Shown piece after piece: positions 11,976 through 25,173 of a DNA stretch of 64,000 bases. The position numbers were made by a program, and so were the translations under genes. Under the pieces are notes generated by a model, which was not told the origin of the DNA, searched no databases, and saw only the letters and a program-made list of their open reading frames with translations. Numbering within the stretch: the stretch's first letter is position 1; the number at the start of each line of letters is the position of its first letter. Location of the stretch: NCBI GenBank assembly GCA_009103225.1, contig RHPI01002112.1, positions 382,634 to 446,633 of the forward strand, read 5' to 3'. This DNA is from Chlorokybus atmophyticus. Lineage: Eukaryota; Plantae; Mesostigma and Chlorokybus algae.

Positions 11976-14581
11976 ATGCCGCCGCGTCCTCAGCCTGCCC
12001 GCAAGGCTCCCGACACCAATGCCGCGAGCAGTAGTAGGACAAGCACGGCACCACCGCGGCCAGCACCAGCAACAACCACATCTACAACAACCAGAAGAAC
12101 AAGCAGGACCACACCCACGACCACGCCGTCGACAACGACTGCACCTGCGACTAGATCAACGAGCACCAGCGCATCGATCGCCAGGTGAGTGTGTGTATCA
12201 AACGCGCGTGTTGTATTAGTTCATGCACCCATTTCGCGCGTGTTGTTGTATCAGAAACGTCTCGCGTGCGGGGTCTGAGGACAAACCCAACACAACAAGT
12301 GCGGGGGCTCCCAAGCCGCGTCCGATGAGAAGCAGCAGCACGTTGAACTCCGCATCCAAACCGCGTAACACCAACACCAACACCAACAGCAGCACTCGCC
12401 CAACATCCTTTGGTCCTGACTCGCTGGCCTCTGACCTGCCGCCAGACGCCCTCTTTCAGGTGAAGCGTTGATTGGCGTACTACTTACAATCTACCCACAA
12501 GTGTGCACTCAACTGTACACTCAACCTCTCCTCACAGGTCTTCCGGTGGCTCTCCCCGCGCGACGTGGCCTCCGCCGCCTGCGCCTGCTCCACGTGGGCC
12601 GCCGCAGGCCGCTCTGAGGCCCTCTGGAAGGCCCTTTACTCCTCACGCTGGGGCGACAAGTCAAACCCAACAACAACAACAACAGTTACCCTCTCCTCCT
12701 TGTGGCAAGATAGGTTCAGGGATAGGTGGGTGAGGGATGCGCAAGCGCGCGTGGACCGCGCGCTGAGGAGGTTGTGTAAGGTATCCATCGTGGCGAAGCA
12801 ACAGCACAACAATGTGTACAATATAGCTCCCGGGCAGTCTCGCCGTGCCATTGATATGTTGGACGTTACGCACACGCTGGCGGGTGAAGGGTTTGGCCAC
12901 AAGAGCAAAGGATCCGTGTCGGGGTTCCCGCAGTCTCAGTTGATAAGACTCAATGTGGACGGGAACCTCATTGTCAAGAGTTTGAGGAGTCTCAAGGTGT
13001 GTGTGAATGAAAGTTATAGTTGTGCTTGTTGCGTGGCAGCAAGGTGAGAAGGTGTTCCTTTTGCAGGTGGCGAGTTACAGTAGGGTGACGGAGAATGCAT
13101 TCACGGCGCTGTGCGCTGATGTTGGGATGACTGCTGCGTGGACGCGTGTGGCGAGCGGGGCAGGCGGGATGACACTCTGGCAACTACCTGCTGGTAGGTG
13201 GTGGTGGTCCCCGTCGTTGTTGTTGTTATTGTCTTCTGCATGTTATACATTGCTCGCGCACCAACTACATGCTCTCACTTATGCATGTGTGTGCGTGCAT
13301 GCAAAGGTGCCGGCAGTGCGGTATTCATGGGCGTGTTCGTGGACACTGCTGACGACCATGACGAGGACGGTAAAAACAACAACAAGCAGCAGCGCATAGA
13401 GCCCAACGCGCAGGTGGGCTTCGTGGCCGTCAGCCTGCACCACGTGGACGTCCTGCGGTCGGCCCTGCGGCTGCCTGTCGCCAGGCCACCTGTGCGCTAT
13501 GATGACATCGATCCAATACGTGGTGGGTATGTGTGTACGTGCGTGCTTGTGCGCTTCTGTGTGCACACGCACGTGTGCGAATACAGGTGTGTGCGCACAC
13601 GTGCGTACGTGCACGTCCGTGCGAGCGCGCGTGTGTGTTTGTGGGTGTGTGGGTGTATGCGTGCGCGCAAGCGCTTGTGCACGCGCGCGTGTGTGTATCA
13701 GTGCACATCTGTCTGTCTGTGTTGTTGACATTGTATTATGTTAGACCAACTCTTCTGCTTCAGGTCTGCACGGGTACTTCTTGAGCGTGCAGCTGCGCAT
13801 GTTGGGGAAGCTCCTGTGGCACGAGAACTTTCCTGATGTGAGTACGCCAATCATGTGCATTTACTTGCCGTAGTCCCTGGCATTGACTTTGCACATGTGC
13901 GCAGCTGCACTTCGACAAAGACGCATCTGTGGCTCGCAATGCAGCAGTGTTTCCTCTCATCACCAACGCCAAAGCCTGCTCGGTAAGCTCCCCTCCCCCC
14001 CNNNNNNNNNNNNNNNNNNNNNNNNNNNNNNNNNNNNNNNNNNNNNNNNNNNNNNNNNNNNNNNNNNNNNNNNNNNNNNNNNNNNNNNNNNNNNNNNNNN
14101 NNNNNNNNNNNNNNNNNNNNNNNNNNNNNNNNNNNNNNNNNNNNNNNNNNNNNNNNNNNNNNNNNNNNNNNNNNNNNNNNNNNNNNNNNNNNNNNNNNNN
14201 NNNNNNNNNNNNNNNNNNNNNNNNNNNNNNNNNNNNNNNNNNNNNNNNNNNNNNNNNNNNNNNNNNNNNNNNNNNNNNNNNNNNNNNNNNNNNNNNNNNN
14301 NNNNNNNNNNNNNNNNNNNNNNNNNNNNNNNNNNNNNNNNNNNNNNNNNNNNNNNNNNNNNNNNNNNNNNNNNNNNNNNNNNNNNNNNNNNNNNNNNNNN
14401 NNNNNNNNNNNNNNNNNNNNCTCCCCCCCGTGTGTATAGAAGCACACAGTATGCTTATGCGTAATGTTGATACTGTGTATAATTTGTCACAATGCGATTG
14501 CGAGTGTCTGTCTCACTCTCTCGGCACCACGTGTAGGCGTGGCACGTGTGCTTCCATACGCAATGTGCAATCTCGTCCCCT

Positions 14582-14616
<35 letters not shown>

Positions 14617-14981
14617 GTCAAGTCATCCACTTCCTTGGCTCTCTCTCCCTCCCCTGGCGCACGGACGCCTTCTCCGGCTCCCTCACCAACGTTGTCGTAG
14701 CCGAAATCTCCCTCTGGTCCGAGTCTGGTGCGTGGGTGTCGCATGGCAGTAGAGCCATCATGGCACGCCCCGCTGAGAGGCCTTGCTTGCGGTATGATGA
14801 CTTTGATGGGGAGGTAAGGTACTCTGAGGCGAGAGTGGTGAGTGGGGAAGGAGGGGTGCGAGTAGAGTTTGGGTTTGTTGAGGGGAAGAGGAGAGGGGAA
14901 GCGGGCGTGATGGTGGAGAAGATGGAAATGGTGCTGGAGAGAGAGTGGTTGAGAGAGCATTGTGGGTGCATCCGCTTTTAA
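11976..14981 (+). CDS. F-box protein; multi-exon, with an N-gap in a late intron
   Basis: The spliced sequence DLPPDALFQ|VFRWLSPRDVASAACACSTWAAAGRSEALWKALYSSRWG is a canonical F-box. It has a Pro/Thr-rich N-terminus, and further GT-AG exons run to a TAA at 14979-14981. Confidence 0.85.
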
Positions 14982-17190
14982 GTAGGGTTGAGAAGTTGTT
15001 AATTTGCTTTTCAGCAATAGTCACGCGCATGCTATCTGGGTTCAAAGTAGGCATGTAAACAGCCCTCCTTGCTTGTCATCCCGTAAGCAACGTCTTGTCA
15101 ATCAATCTTCCAACCACAAGTGTCACAAGTAGTGCATCTTAGCTTGTATGTTGCCTTCATTTGCAAGTTGATTGCACGCAATCTATTAAGACAAAAAGAA
15201 ACCGGTGACTATTATTGCTATGCTATGAACCGCAAGCTTTTATAAAAGATAAAGTTATGGTCTTTCAGCAATACATTGGTCAAAATTAGATAAGACCCAA
15301 AGTTTTGAGGGATCTTAATTGCTACACCACTTTGATATGGTTATGAATGCCATGTGCAGTTACTTTTTTGTTAAAGTGTAAAATCACTGCTTTGTGGACC
15401 AAAATGGATTATACCGTCAAAATGGTAAATACCACAATAAAAAAGAACGTGTCAACGCGATTGTGAGAGGCTCGTTCTATACATTTATGTGACTCATTCC
15501 GTTGCCATCACCACGATATCATCAATCAAGTTCAATGTACATATATAAAATATAACAACAGGCTGATCAACAAGAAAGGGCCAACTGCGGGACACGGCAA
15601 CCAACATAATAGGTACAAAAGGTACAGGATGCCTAACCGAATAGATGCAAGCACACTGACACAGTACCCTCAAACGTCACAATCACCAGACGCAGTCAGC
15701 AACGCAATAGCCTCGTATTGCTGTTACTTTAAGCAAAGATAGCTGTAGTTGCATAGGCTTCCCAATATTACCAATGCAAGGTGCAAATGCACATGCACAC
15801 AGAGCGTGCAACGCAAGCCAGCAGCAGACATGTAAGGCTTCAACAACTACAACGGGGCAATACCACTAGCTAAGTGCTCAAGCTAAGTGCCAATGCAAGA
15901 GGGGTAGGATAGCAAGGAGGCAGGCGAGTTGAGGCAAGGAGGGGCAAGAACCTGTGCAACATGCGATGATGGTGAGGACGAGGGTTGAGTAGATCGAGGC
16001 CAAGGCAGTAGAGTAGAGCGCAGCAGCAGCAAGCATTAGCAGGTTAGTACAATGCATGTTTTGCCCATGATAGTACAGATGCAACTTACGGCTTGTAATC
16101 ATCAGCTTCAAAGTGAACATGTGCTTTCCTTGAAGTTGCCCTTCAAAGATAACATGTCATCCTTACAACTTACAAACTTGAAAATGCGCCACATACTGGT
16201 AACTTGCGTGACAGAAGGGGACTTCATTGCTGTACCAAAGTCACTTCATGGTAACTGGTCAGTCTGTACGTTGCCAAGCGAGGTACCCCTGTTAACGTTT
16301 GAGTGCGTTCTTCTTGGCGCAGCTGCCCGCCCGCGACCAGATGCGGCGGATAGCCGAGCGCGACGCCAAAAGTCGCTTTGGCAAGCAAGTGACGAGCGAC
16401 CCGCACAGCGAGCACAGTACAGTGTCGCACGTTGCAAGAGGCGGTTTCAACCGCAGGCGGGCATCCCATTCGCAGAAAGTCAAGCAAGCAAGTTGCATGT
16501 TCAACCGCGACTCGCGCCGAGGCGTTACAACAGTTCAGCAGTTGATGCACTCCATAAGTTGACCGTGGGGTCAGGGCCGGCTGATGTCGGTCACATCTCC
16601 TTAAAAATCTCATCTCGACCGATAGATCTGAGTCGCCGATCCGCCGATAGCATCGTTCGCACCGGCCAGTGCTTTGCACCTCGGGCGTATCGACCGATAC
16701 TTCTAGAGTGGTGCGAGCCACAAACCATGTCATGTGATGTGCGAGATACGCGCGGCAGGGCTTAGCGAGAGATACGCCTCGACGAGCGTGACACGTGGCA
16801 GAGTTCATCTGCGGTCGTCAGACCGCAAAACGTAACGCAGTTACAGCGGTGTCAGGCGCAGCCGGCTGCGTGCACGGCGTAGCCCGGTTACGTTGGCGTT
16901 GTCTTTGGGGTCAAGCAGCTCCTCTCTCAAACGTGTTGTTGCTGACATTGGCAACGTCGTTGCACTGGTGGAGAGGGTCGGCGGCACCATCACCCTTCAG
17001 GAGTTCCCTGCTTCGTGTTGCTGTGTACAGGTTGTTGATTTAGTTTCAAGACGTTGTCGAGCGCCGGCGGGTTGATTACTAGTTGCGGAGTTGACTGGAA
17101 GCCGGGAGCTGTTTTGAATTAGGGTTTTGACGGTGTGCAAGCGGGAGGTTGCTTTGAGAGGAGGTATTGTTGCTGTGCGGAGGCCGTTTG

Positions 17191-19171
17191 ATGGCAGATA
17201 GCTTTGTCATGGGGCAAGCACAGTCCACTCGTGATGAAGGTCGGATGGAGGTGGAGGAGGCGCCTACTGCTTTTGGTGCTGTTGCTGCTTCGGCGACAGA
17301 GGGTTCACAGGAGAGGGGGCCTGCAACGGAGCCAGCTGGCCCGTCTAGATGGTACTGCCACACCTGTGCAGAGGAGGTGAGCAGTCGTGCTCTGTTCCGG
17401 TTTATGGTGCCACAGGTTTGGTCTTAAATCAAATCACGATTGTTATGATGTCCGGCAAAGTGGACGAAGCTGTGACGTGTATTTGTTGTGCTTTTCTGTT
17501 TGGCAGCCCAATCAACCATGCATAACTATCCGTCTGCAAGCAATCGGATGTGGTAGCTGTGAAGGGGTTTTTTTGATTAGTAACAGCCCAACAATTGTGT
17601 AATCGCTTGCTGATATCATGCAATGTAGCCAGTTTTTGTACAATACGTCATGAAGATGACGTATTGCATGCAAAGTGTGCCTCACACAAGTGGTCATAGA
17701 GGTGCTTGCGGTGTTACTCGTCACTTTTACTGGTCGGTCTGGGGGATGTCTTGTCTCTCTATTCCAATTGACCTCGGCTGAAGCAAGCTGTCGCCTTTCC
17801 GTGCTGGTTTCAAGTGCTTATCAGTGTGCCACGTGCTTATATGTTGCGTTGTTGTTGGTTGAGAATGTGACCACTATCTCATCAGCAGCAAGGGTTGTGA
17901 CTGGGCTGTAACTGATGAGGTATTTGCTGTTTTTATGCGGATGTACCTGCTGCACTGTCTTTGTGTTGTTCTTGCGCTGCACGTCACACAGTGTGCACTG
18001 TGCATGCTGCTTGACATTTGTGCGCAGTAAGTTAAAGAACGCTTTCAGGGTTGTCTGGCATGTGCCTCGTCTGTTGCAGTTTAGGTTGTTTATTAAACTG
18101 CATTTGTTGCGCTGTTTATCAGTCAGTATCTATTTTTATTTGCTGCACTGTGTTTGGCGGAGTCTGGTTGCAAGTGATCAGTACCCGCTGCACCAGAGCC
18201 TTGCTACTCTGGACGGTGCAAGTTCAGTTAATGACAAAGCTGTTTGCACTTGCAGATAGGAGACGCAAGGGCAGGGTTGCCGGATGGGCATGACCCGGCG
18301 TGCCCACAATGTCAAGGAGAGTTTGTGGAACAGTTAGAGGGAGACAATCAGTTGGAGGCGGCCCGCGCCTGGACAGCAGATGACCATGCTGAAGAAGATG
18401 AAGACATGGAGTTTGACCCTGGTAAGTCAAGGGAATAGTGCGTGCTATTATGTCTGTGTTTGCTGTCAACTATCATATTTCTTTGTTTCTCACTGAGCTG
18501 GTCATGCAGGTGCAGAGCAGCAGGGTCATACCCTTCGCAGTGAAACATGGCCAGGCGCCTCTGGAGGAGGAGTTTCGTTTCGCGGAGGCTCGGTTGGGGG
18601 TCCGTATTTTGAATTCCGCATCTCAACTTCTGATGGCCTTGGCGGCATGAATGCACCGCAATCCTTCATGCAGCACATGGTGCATCTGTTGCATCACACA
18701 ATGGGCGCTGGCCAAGGTGGTGGTGCGCAAATACAGTTCAGAACTGTCCCTGGTGGAGAGGGAGGTGCTGCTGCAGACCCTCGGTCACCGCGCAACACGG
18801 CACTGTCCATGCCAATTGAGGCCATCCTTAATCAGGCGCTCGGCCTGCATGGCAACCCCGGCGACTATGTCCTTGGCGACGCTGCTTTGCACAACATTAT
18901 CTCCGAGCTAATGCAGAATGACCCTAATCGCCATGGCAACCCACCAGCTGCACAGGAAGCAATTGATCGGCTGCCTGTCGTGCTGGTTCCCAAGGAGGAC
19001 GTGGCTATCAGCACAGAGTGTGCTGTGTGTAGAGAAGTCTACAAGGAGGGCGACAAGGCCATGCAGATGCCATGTGGTCATATGTTCTGCTCCACATGCT
19101 TGGTGCCCTGGCTGCAGCAGCGGAACACTTGCCCAACCTGCCGCTTCGAGCTGCCCGCACAGCAGCAGTAG
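17191..19171 (+). CDS. RING-H2 E3 ubiquitin ligase with an N-terminal zinc ribbon (RNF115/RNF126, plant RHC1/BTL-like); 3 exons
   Basis: The N-terminal RWYCHTC...CPQCQGEFVEQL is split by intron 1. The C-terminus has GNPPAAQEAIDRLP and the RING-H2 motif CAVCREVY...MPCGHMFCSTCLVPWLQQRNTCPTCRFELP. Exon 3 joins in phase 1 and stays open to 19171. Confidence 0.92.
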
Positions 19172-19635
19172 TTGGTATCTGCAATCAGCAGCGTTGCAGT
19201 ACTACAGTACGCTTTTTACAGGGTGCAGGGCAGTGCGGTGCTGAAAAAGTTGCCATTCGGTGAAGATTGTCTCAGCCCTTCACGTGAACTTCAGTTCATC
19301 TTCTCCGAGCAACCAAGTGGGATGCTGACTGCAGATTGCGCAGTCATGTTCCCTCTGCTGTGATAGCAGCCTATAGATGACGTCAGTGTGTTGCAACTGT
19401 ATGCAGGGTTTCAGCTCTGCGGTACTAGCTGTTTTGCAGGACTGGTATTGGGTGTTCTGCACTGTTGGTGGCCTGGTGTGGTCCACCAGCTATGGCTCGT
19501 AATAAGGTGGGTTAATTAAGGTGTGCAGATGCAATAACTATTGTGGTTCTATCAATAAGGTCAGCGATTGTGACTCCGAAAGGTAGATTCTAAAAACATG
19601 GTGGTAGCCAGTTATGTTGCAGGAGTACGTCCAGT

Positions 19636-19818
19636 TACTGGGCGTGCAGTTATGCATGCTAGCATATCATTGCCTGCTCACTCTATGCCATCATGTGTGC
19701 GGCAATCTACTGAGCCGTTTTTGTACAACACAGCTATTGTATGCATGTTCATTTGCATTAACTTGACGTAGAGTGAGCATGCAATGATATGCTAGCATGC
19801 ACAACTGCACGCCCAGTA
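19636..19818. mobile_element. Putative MITE or fold-back element with 50-bp terminal inverted repeats, bounded by TA
   Basis: 19636-19685 is the reverse complement of 19769-19818 with 2 mismatches, around an 83-bp spacer. Both ends are TA, compatible with a Tc1/mariner-type TSD. Confidence 0.6.
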
Positions 19819-22642
19819 CACATACCTGCAGTTTATAAGCTGTGCCACACATTCTTACCATATGTAATACCTTGCAACAACTTTGAAACAATTCCACTAA
19901 ATTGATGTATGCGAAGGCGTGTGCAGTGTAGTGTATTTCCAAGTTCAACGAAATGTGCATGAAGCACCGTTTCTATAGAAGGCCTTTTCCCCGCCTGTCA
20001 CAATGTGATAGGCGGGGAAAAGGCCGACGTCTGCAGAAACTGCAATGCACCAATTAGTTGAAATTGTTAATACTTTGATTCCGCGAAATCTTCGGATAAA
20101 ATAGTGGTCATAAAGTTGTTTTTCATTTGCTTAGAACCGCCAGCCTATGCATTCTTGTCTACAATTGTACACTTTATAATATCGCCAACAAATAGCTTTG
20201 CCAAACAACCAACCAGAGTTATTTTTTCACAAAGATTATGCGGCACTATGGCAATGTAAAAGTGGACACATGTGCAATCCATTGCAGGACGTATATAGCC
20301 AGCTCATGACCTTGCCTCTCCTCTGTTTTAGAGAATCGTTGGCAATCAAGCCTAACAATGCATTTCCCCTTATTGTCACAAGTTGTTGCTCATTGCTTCG
20401 CCCATGTCATTATTGCATAAATCAGCAGGATGTACAGTTAAATACAATGCATTGACAATTGGCCCAAGTGTTTATTGGCATGCATGGCAATAATGGCTAT
20501 GTTAAACGGTTTGATATGCCATGCTGATCGACATGGTCTATTGCAACAATTTAACGATGATATGATTTCATTGTTGTGCATGATGCGAATAAACTTTGTA
20601 ACGAATTAAAGTGACAAACTTAAACTAGTTAGGTTATACTGCACAATGTGTCATAAACAATACACTAGTCTGCTGCAAAACAACAACCTCAATACTACTC
20701 CATCCCTTGCTACTCCTAACTACTCCCGAGGTCATAACATGCAGTATTTAACGCCCCAACCCACGGCATCGATGTTTGCATGGATACCGCATGTAGTTAA
20801 TGGCTCATGAAGACAAAAAGCTAATAAATGCAACATGAATTACGATTCACATTTTTAATAATATAACTACCTTGCTTATTTGGCCGCCGTGTTTTCCCTC
20901 ATTTCGCCATCAAAGACAAACCCAAAACATGCACGCTGCCGGGAAAGTTATCCGTCCACTATCTGTCAGGTTGGTCTTCATGCGGCGTTGTACAATTGTA
21001 CAATGGTGTGTGATAGCAATACCATATAGGTAGCACGACTTGGGCCAATTGTGTAACCACAAGAAATGACGTTCTAATCCATTCACGTGGCCTACATAAC
21101 CGCAGACAGCAATTATAGTATGTATAATGTCACTTGCGACGGCATTTTCGTGTCGTGTTTTTGCTTACACGCTGTGGTTGGATGTAACCGCTAACGTGAC
21201 TTACTTGAACACCATGCATGCACACCCATCATACTGCAAGCTAATAACAACCACTTGATGCCACACCCTTACCATCACTCCACCTTCGCTGATCAATATA
21301 AAGTGTAGCAGTGGTGGGGGTGCGTATCGGCGAACTTGCCGGCCAGTTTGCCAATACGCACTCCACCTCCTTCCCTGACCCAATCATTAGCGCAGTGTCC
21401 GCATCATGATCAACGGCCCATTTGGCTCAAATGCTCAACCCAGCATTCCTGCCACATGTTTCTTTACCATACATACCGTTAAACATGCATTCACAGTGCT
21501 ATCGCTGTTCACGCATTACTGCGTACACACATAACTCATAATACACATCATGCTTATACGTAATCTGCTGGCCCAGCATATTACATTGCTATTAACTTAC
21601 GCTAAGGCAACATCCAGATACACGAGTGCTGCGTTCGTGATGGGGGGTCATTAGCTATCGGTGCCTTGACATTGCTACCATCGCCGTTGCTCAACACTTC
21701 ATAATCGCAATGGCTTACATGCACAGCAAAGCGCATGCCACACGCTCACGGCATAGATACACACTTCTCAAGCGTCGCTGCTCGCGCCATGCACCGTCAT
21801 GATGTGGCGCGGGCACAAGCGTAGGACATACCGAAAGTCCTCCCCCGTTATGGCATGCGTCTTTATCGCCAGCGAGCAGAACATGTCCCACGGCGGATAA
21901 TAGCTATACTTTTGCTGCCGCAATTGATCTCGCCCAAAGAGCGCCTACAGAGCGCAGACCACAACCGGCTAAGCTACTCCACTCCCTTCTCCGTCCGAGT
22001 GTGCGAGGCACATTCCAGAATGTGCCTCACAGCCCTTTCAGCGCCTGCTGCGGCTGAGTGCAGGACGCATTCCAATGGCTGGGAGCTGAAGAGCCTCGCC
22101 GAAACGGCCGTGGTTGTCCATTGCAAGCTGGTACAACACATCGCCCACACGTGAGCAATGTATCACTACGCCGCCACACCAGTCCACTGCGCAGCGTTGT
22201 GGTTACAGCGCTTCTCAGCAATGGCTTTGCATTGGCATGCAGTGTAGACATTACACCTATTCATAAAGCACTCATTTGCTGAGCGTGTCTACTCCTGCAA
22301 TTTATGTATCTGCAAAGACACCCACGCCTGCAATGACATCCTCAAACCGAACTGCATGCATTTGCATGACTTGCAACTAAAGAGCAAAGGTTTGGCACAG
22401 GCAGGCAGCCTGGCAGAGGCACTGGCTGACATGGGCCTACATCACTCAACTGATGGCACGTACTTAATAATGTATGTACATGTCGAAGCTTTTTGAGTGC
22501 AAGCGACAGCAAGGAGCTGTCCAATGTGCAAGAATAAACGACCAGTGTGCCAACTTGGTATCTTTCCTACATTTGCGTCCTATGTATTTCTGGTGCAAGG
22601 CCTGTCATGCTGTGCATCAGGACCATGCGCAAGTCGGGCTGA

Positions 22643-25173
22643 TCATGACGTCTGTGGAGCAGAGTTCAACGCAGCATACTCTTCACGTAACTCCTGCAAC
22701 CGCACGGACACCTGCAGACAAGTTGTGAGTGCTACCGGCATAGACGACCACCCAAATGCAATCACAATTTAGGTTCCCAGTTGCATACAAACCTTGAACT
22801 CCAAAGCCAAGGGGATCAACGAGTCTGCCTCGAGGAGATCTTTGGGGAAGTTTCGCAGTGCTTGTATCAGCTTTTCAAAGGGCATAGTGATCTGCCAGCC
22901 AGCCAGTTGTAAGACAATCTGCAAACCATAGCAACCTCCAAGACAATGGCAACTACAACACGGCTCCTAGGGGAACAAACCCACTGCACACGCCACATGC
23001 AATGTACGAACGACCTTTGGTGTTTTGCTTCTTCTCACATCTTACCAGTTGGTCGTGCATTCTCTTGAGTAGTGCAAGGCCAACTCGAAACACTATCTTC
23101 ATCCCCTGCATGAAGATTACATATCAACATGGCTGGACACAGCTGGTACACACGCTGATTGCAACAGCTGTGTGCTGCAATAAGATGGCAAACCAAGTAC
23201 CTCAAGCAGAAAGATGTCCCAAATTCGCAGTGCCAACGGGAATGGCAGGGAATATGAGAAAACGCAAATGAACCACTGGCTAGCGTACATGGATGGATTG
23301 ACGTGTTCATCTCTGCACCGGAGTTGTAGTATCAGAAGCGAGGGATACTGGCCAAGCTGTGCCAGTGCTAGGCAGCAACACAATGCGGCGCGTGGAGGCT
23401 TACCTGAAATGCTGGCTTAGGCGCGGCATGTGCTCGTCCACCAACTTCTCAAACTGGAAGAGATACTGCTGGACAAGCGGGAGACCAGGGTGGTACATGC
23501 CTTCCATGGGGGAGTGCACTGCACCTTTAAGGAGAGCGACCAACACCCAGAATGCATCCTGCAGACCAGAATTGCAAATGCTGTTCAGGTCTTCACCAGC
23601 ACACACACACAAGCAAATGCAAGGCTGTGAGGATGTAGCAGATGTTCTGCCAACAAGGAAGATAAGCTACCTCTTCACCCATGTACAGAAGCAGAAGCCC
23701 TGCAAGATAGCCCATGCCTTGAACATATCCAACCTGCTTGTCATACACGCTGTAGGCCTGCACGATAGGGAGTCAACCAGCATTTTTGCGTGTACCTTAC
23801 CATGCCATCATGACATGCCACCATACGAACCCACTGGAAGACTTACCTTGAGGACATTGTACAAAGCGCGCTGTCCAGGGCCATGTCGCTGCTGGAAAAA
23901 TATGTGGCTGGGAAATGTGCGGCTGATGTCTCTAATAATCTCCAGCTCCGAGGGTGAGGACCCGTAGAAGACAATTTGCTGCAAAATGTCCATACAAATC
24001 AATGCATTGCCCTGCGACGTTGTAAACACAAAACAGGAGTGGATGCATACCCCGTACACGCCAGGGTTTTTCATGCGCAGCTCCCTGGATCCAGACATCA
24101 ACTGCCAAACTAGGCCTCTCAACTGGTCTGGAATGCCCTTGCGCACCCTTCTCTTCACCACATTGGGCTTACTCCGATAGTACCGCTGTCCATGGCCACA
24201 ACCACGTCACACATACATACAGGAGATTTGCTCAAACTTGACAGAACCAGCAGTTTTTGAAACGCGATAACCTTCCGGCATTGTGCATCACGCATCAGGG
24301 CGCATTGCGAAACAAGCCAGCACTGACCTTCCAATCAGCGCCATCCACACCAATCATCTTGCGCCACTTTGCCAACCGCCTTTGCTCCGCAGTTTGTCCC
24401 GAGCTTTTGCGTGCAGCGCTGCAGTACAGGGCATCGGAAGGTGAAGATATCAGTGTGGTCAGCCTCAAACTGACGTAGTGTAGTAGCAAAACAGGATTAC
24501 GGAAATTTGCTGTAGAAGCAAAGCTGCTATTGCGAGCTCTGCTGTCATGAACCATCTGGCCTATTGGCCCTAGTAGAGCCTTCATGCACAACTACGACGT
24601 GAACAGCAAGGCACATGCCAGAGTCAGCATGCCCCAACAAGCAGCACTGCCATGCGGTGTACATCCTGCTTGCGGCGATGACGTGGACAAAGATGTAGAT
24701 CTCTTCGTTGTGTCGTTACATGTATATACTGAGCAGGAGGCCTGTCTTGTCATCGAACCGAGCGTTGCTTGAATTCCATTTTCTAGCTTAGAGACTCGGC
24801 TAATCCGCCGCATGCACAGACCAGACTGCCCAAAACCTATAAAAGCCTAGCGAAAGCAACTGGACGAAGGTAGAATAAGCATTGCGGCGTAGGCCACAGC
24901 TTGACCGAGAGCTCAACTATGGTTTGGTAGTAGCACACGAGCAAGCACTGATTATGGTTGATGTGCTGTGCGCGCCATGCAAACGCCAGGGTAGGCAGCT
25001 TCCACCCACCTGCTAGCATCCTCATTGCTTGGTGCGGAGACAGTGTTGAAGCGAGCGGAGTTATACTGGCTACTATCTGCTGATCTGCGGTTGCTTGCAC
25101 CAACTGCGCCGGCGACAGGGGCAGGCAGCGGCCCGGCGCGAAACACGTCCACGCCTCCATTGCCACTGCCCAT
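22643..25173 (-). CDS. TBC-domain Rab GTPase-activating protein (EVI5-like); about 11 exons, start uncertain
   Basis: Exons give RRLAKWRKMIG, KRRVRKGIPDQLRGLVWQLMSG, IIRDISRTFPSHIFF (Arg finger), YVQGMG (Gln finger), DAFWVLVALL, YASQWFICVFSYSLPFPLALRIWDIFLLE and KIVFRVGLALL. The last exon is VSVRLQELREEY...TS*. Confidence 0.92.

Noticed and set aside
19981-20025. Helitron 3' terminal hairpin
   Set aside because: No CTRR terminus at the expected distance on either strand and no Rep/helicase nearby.
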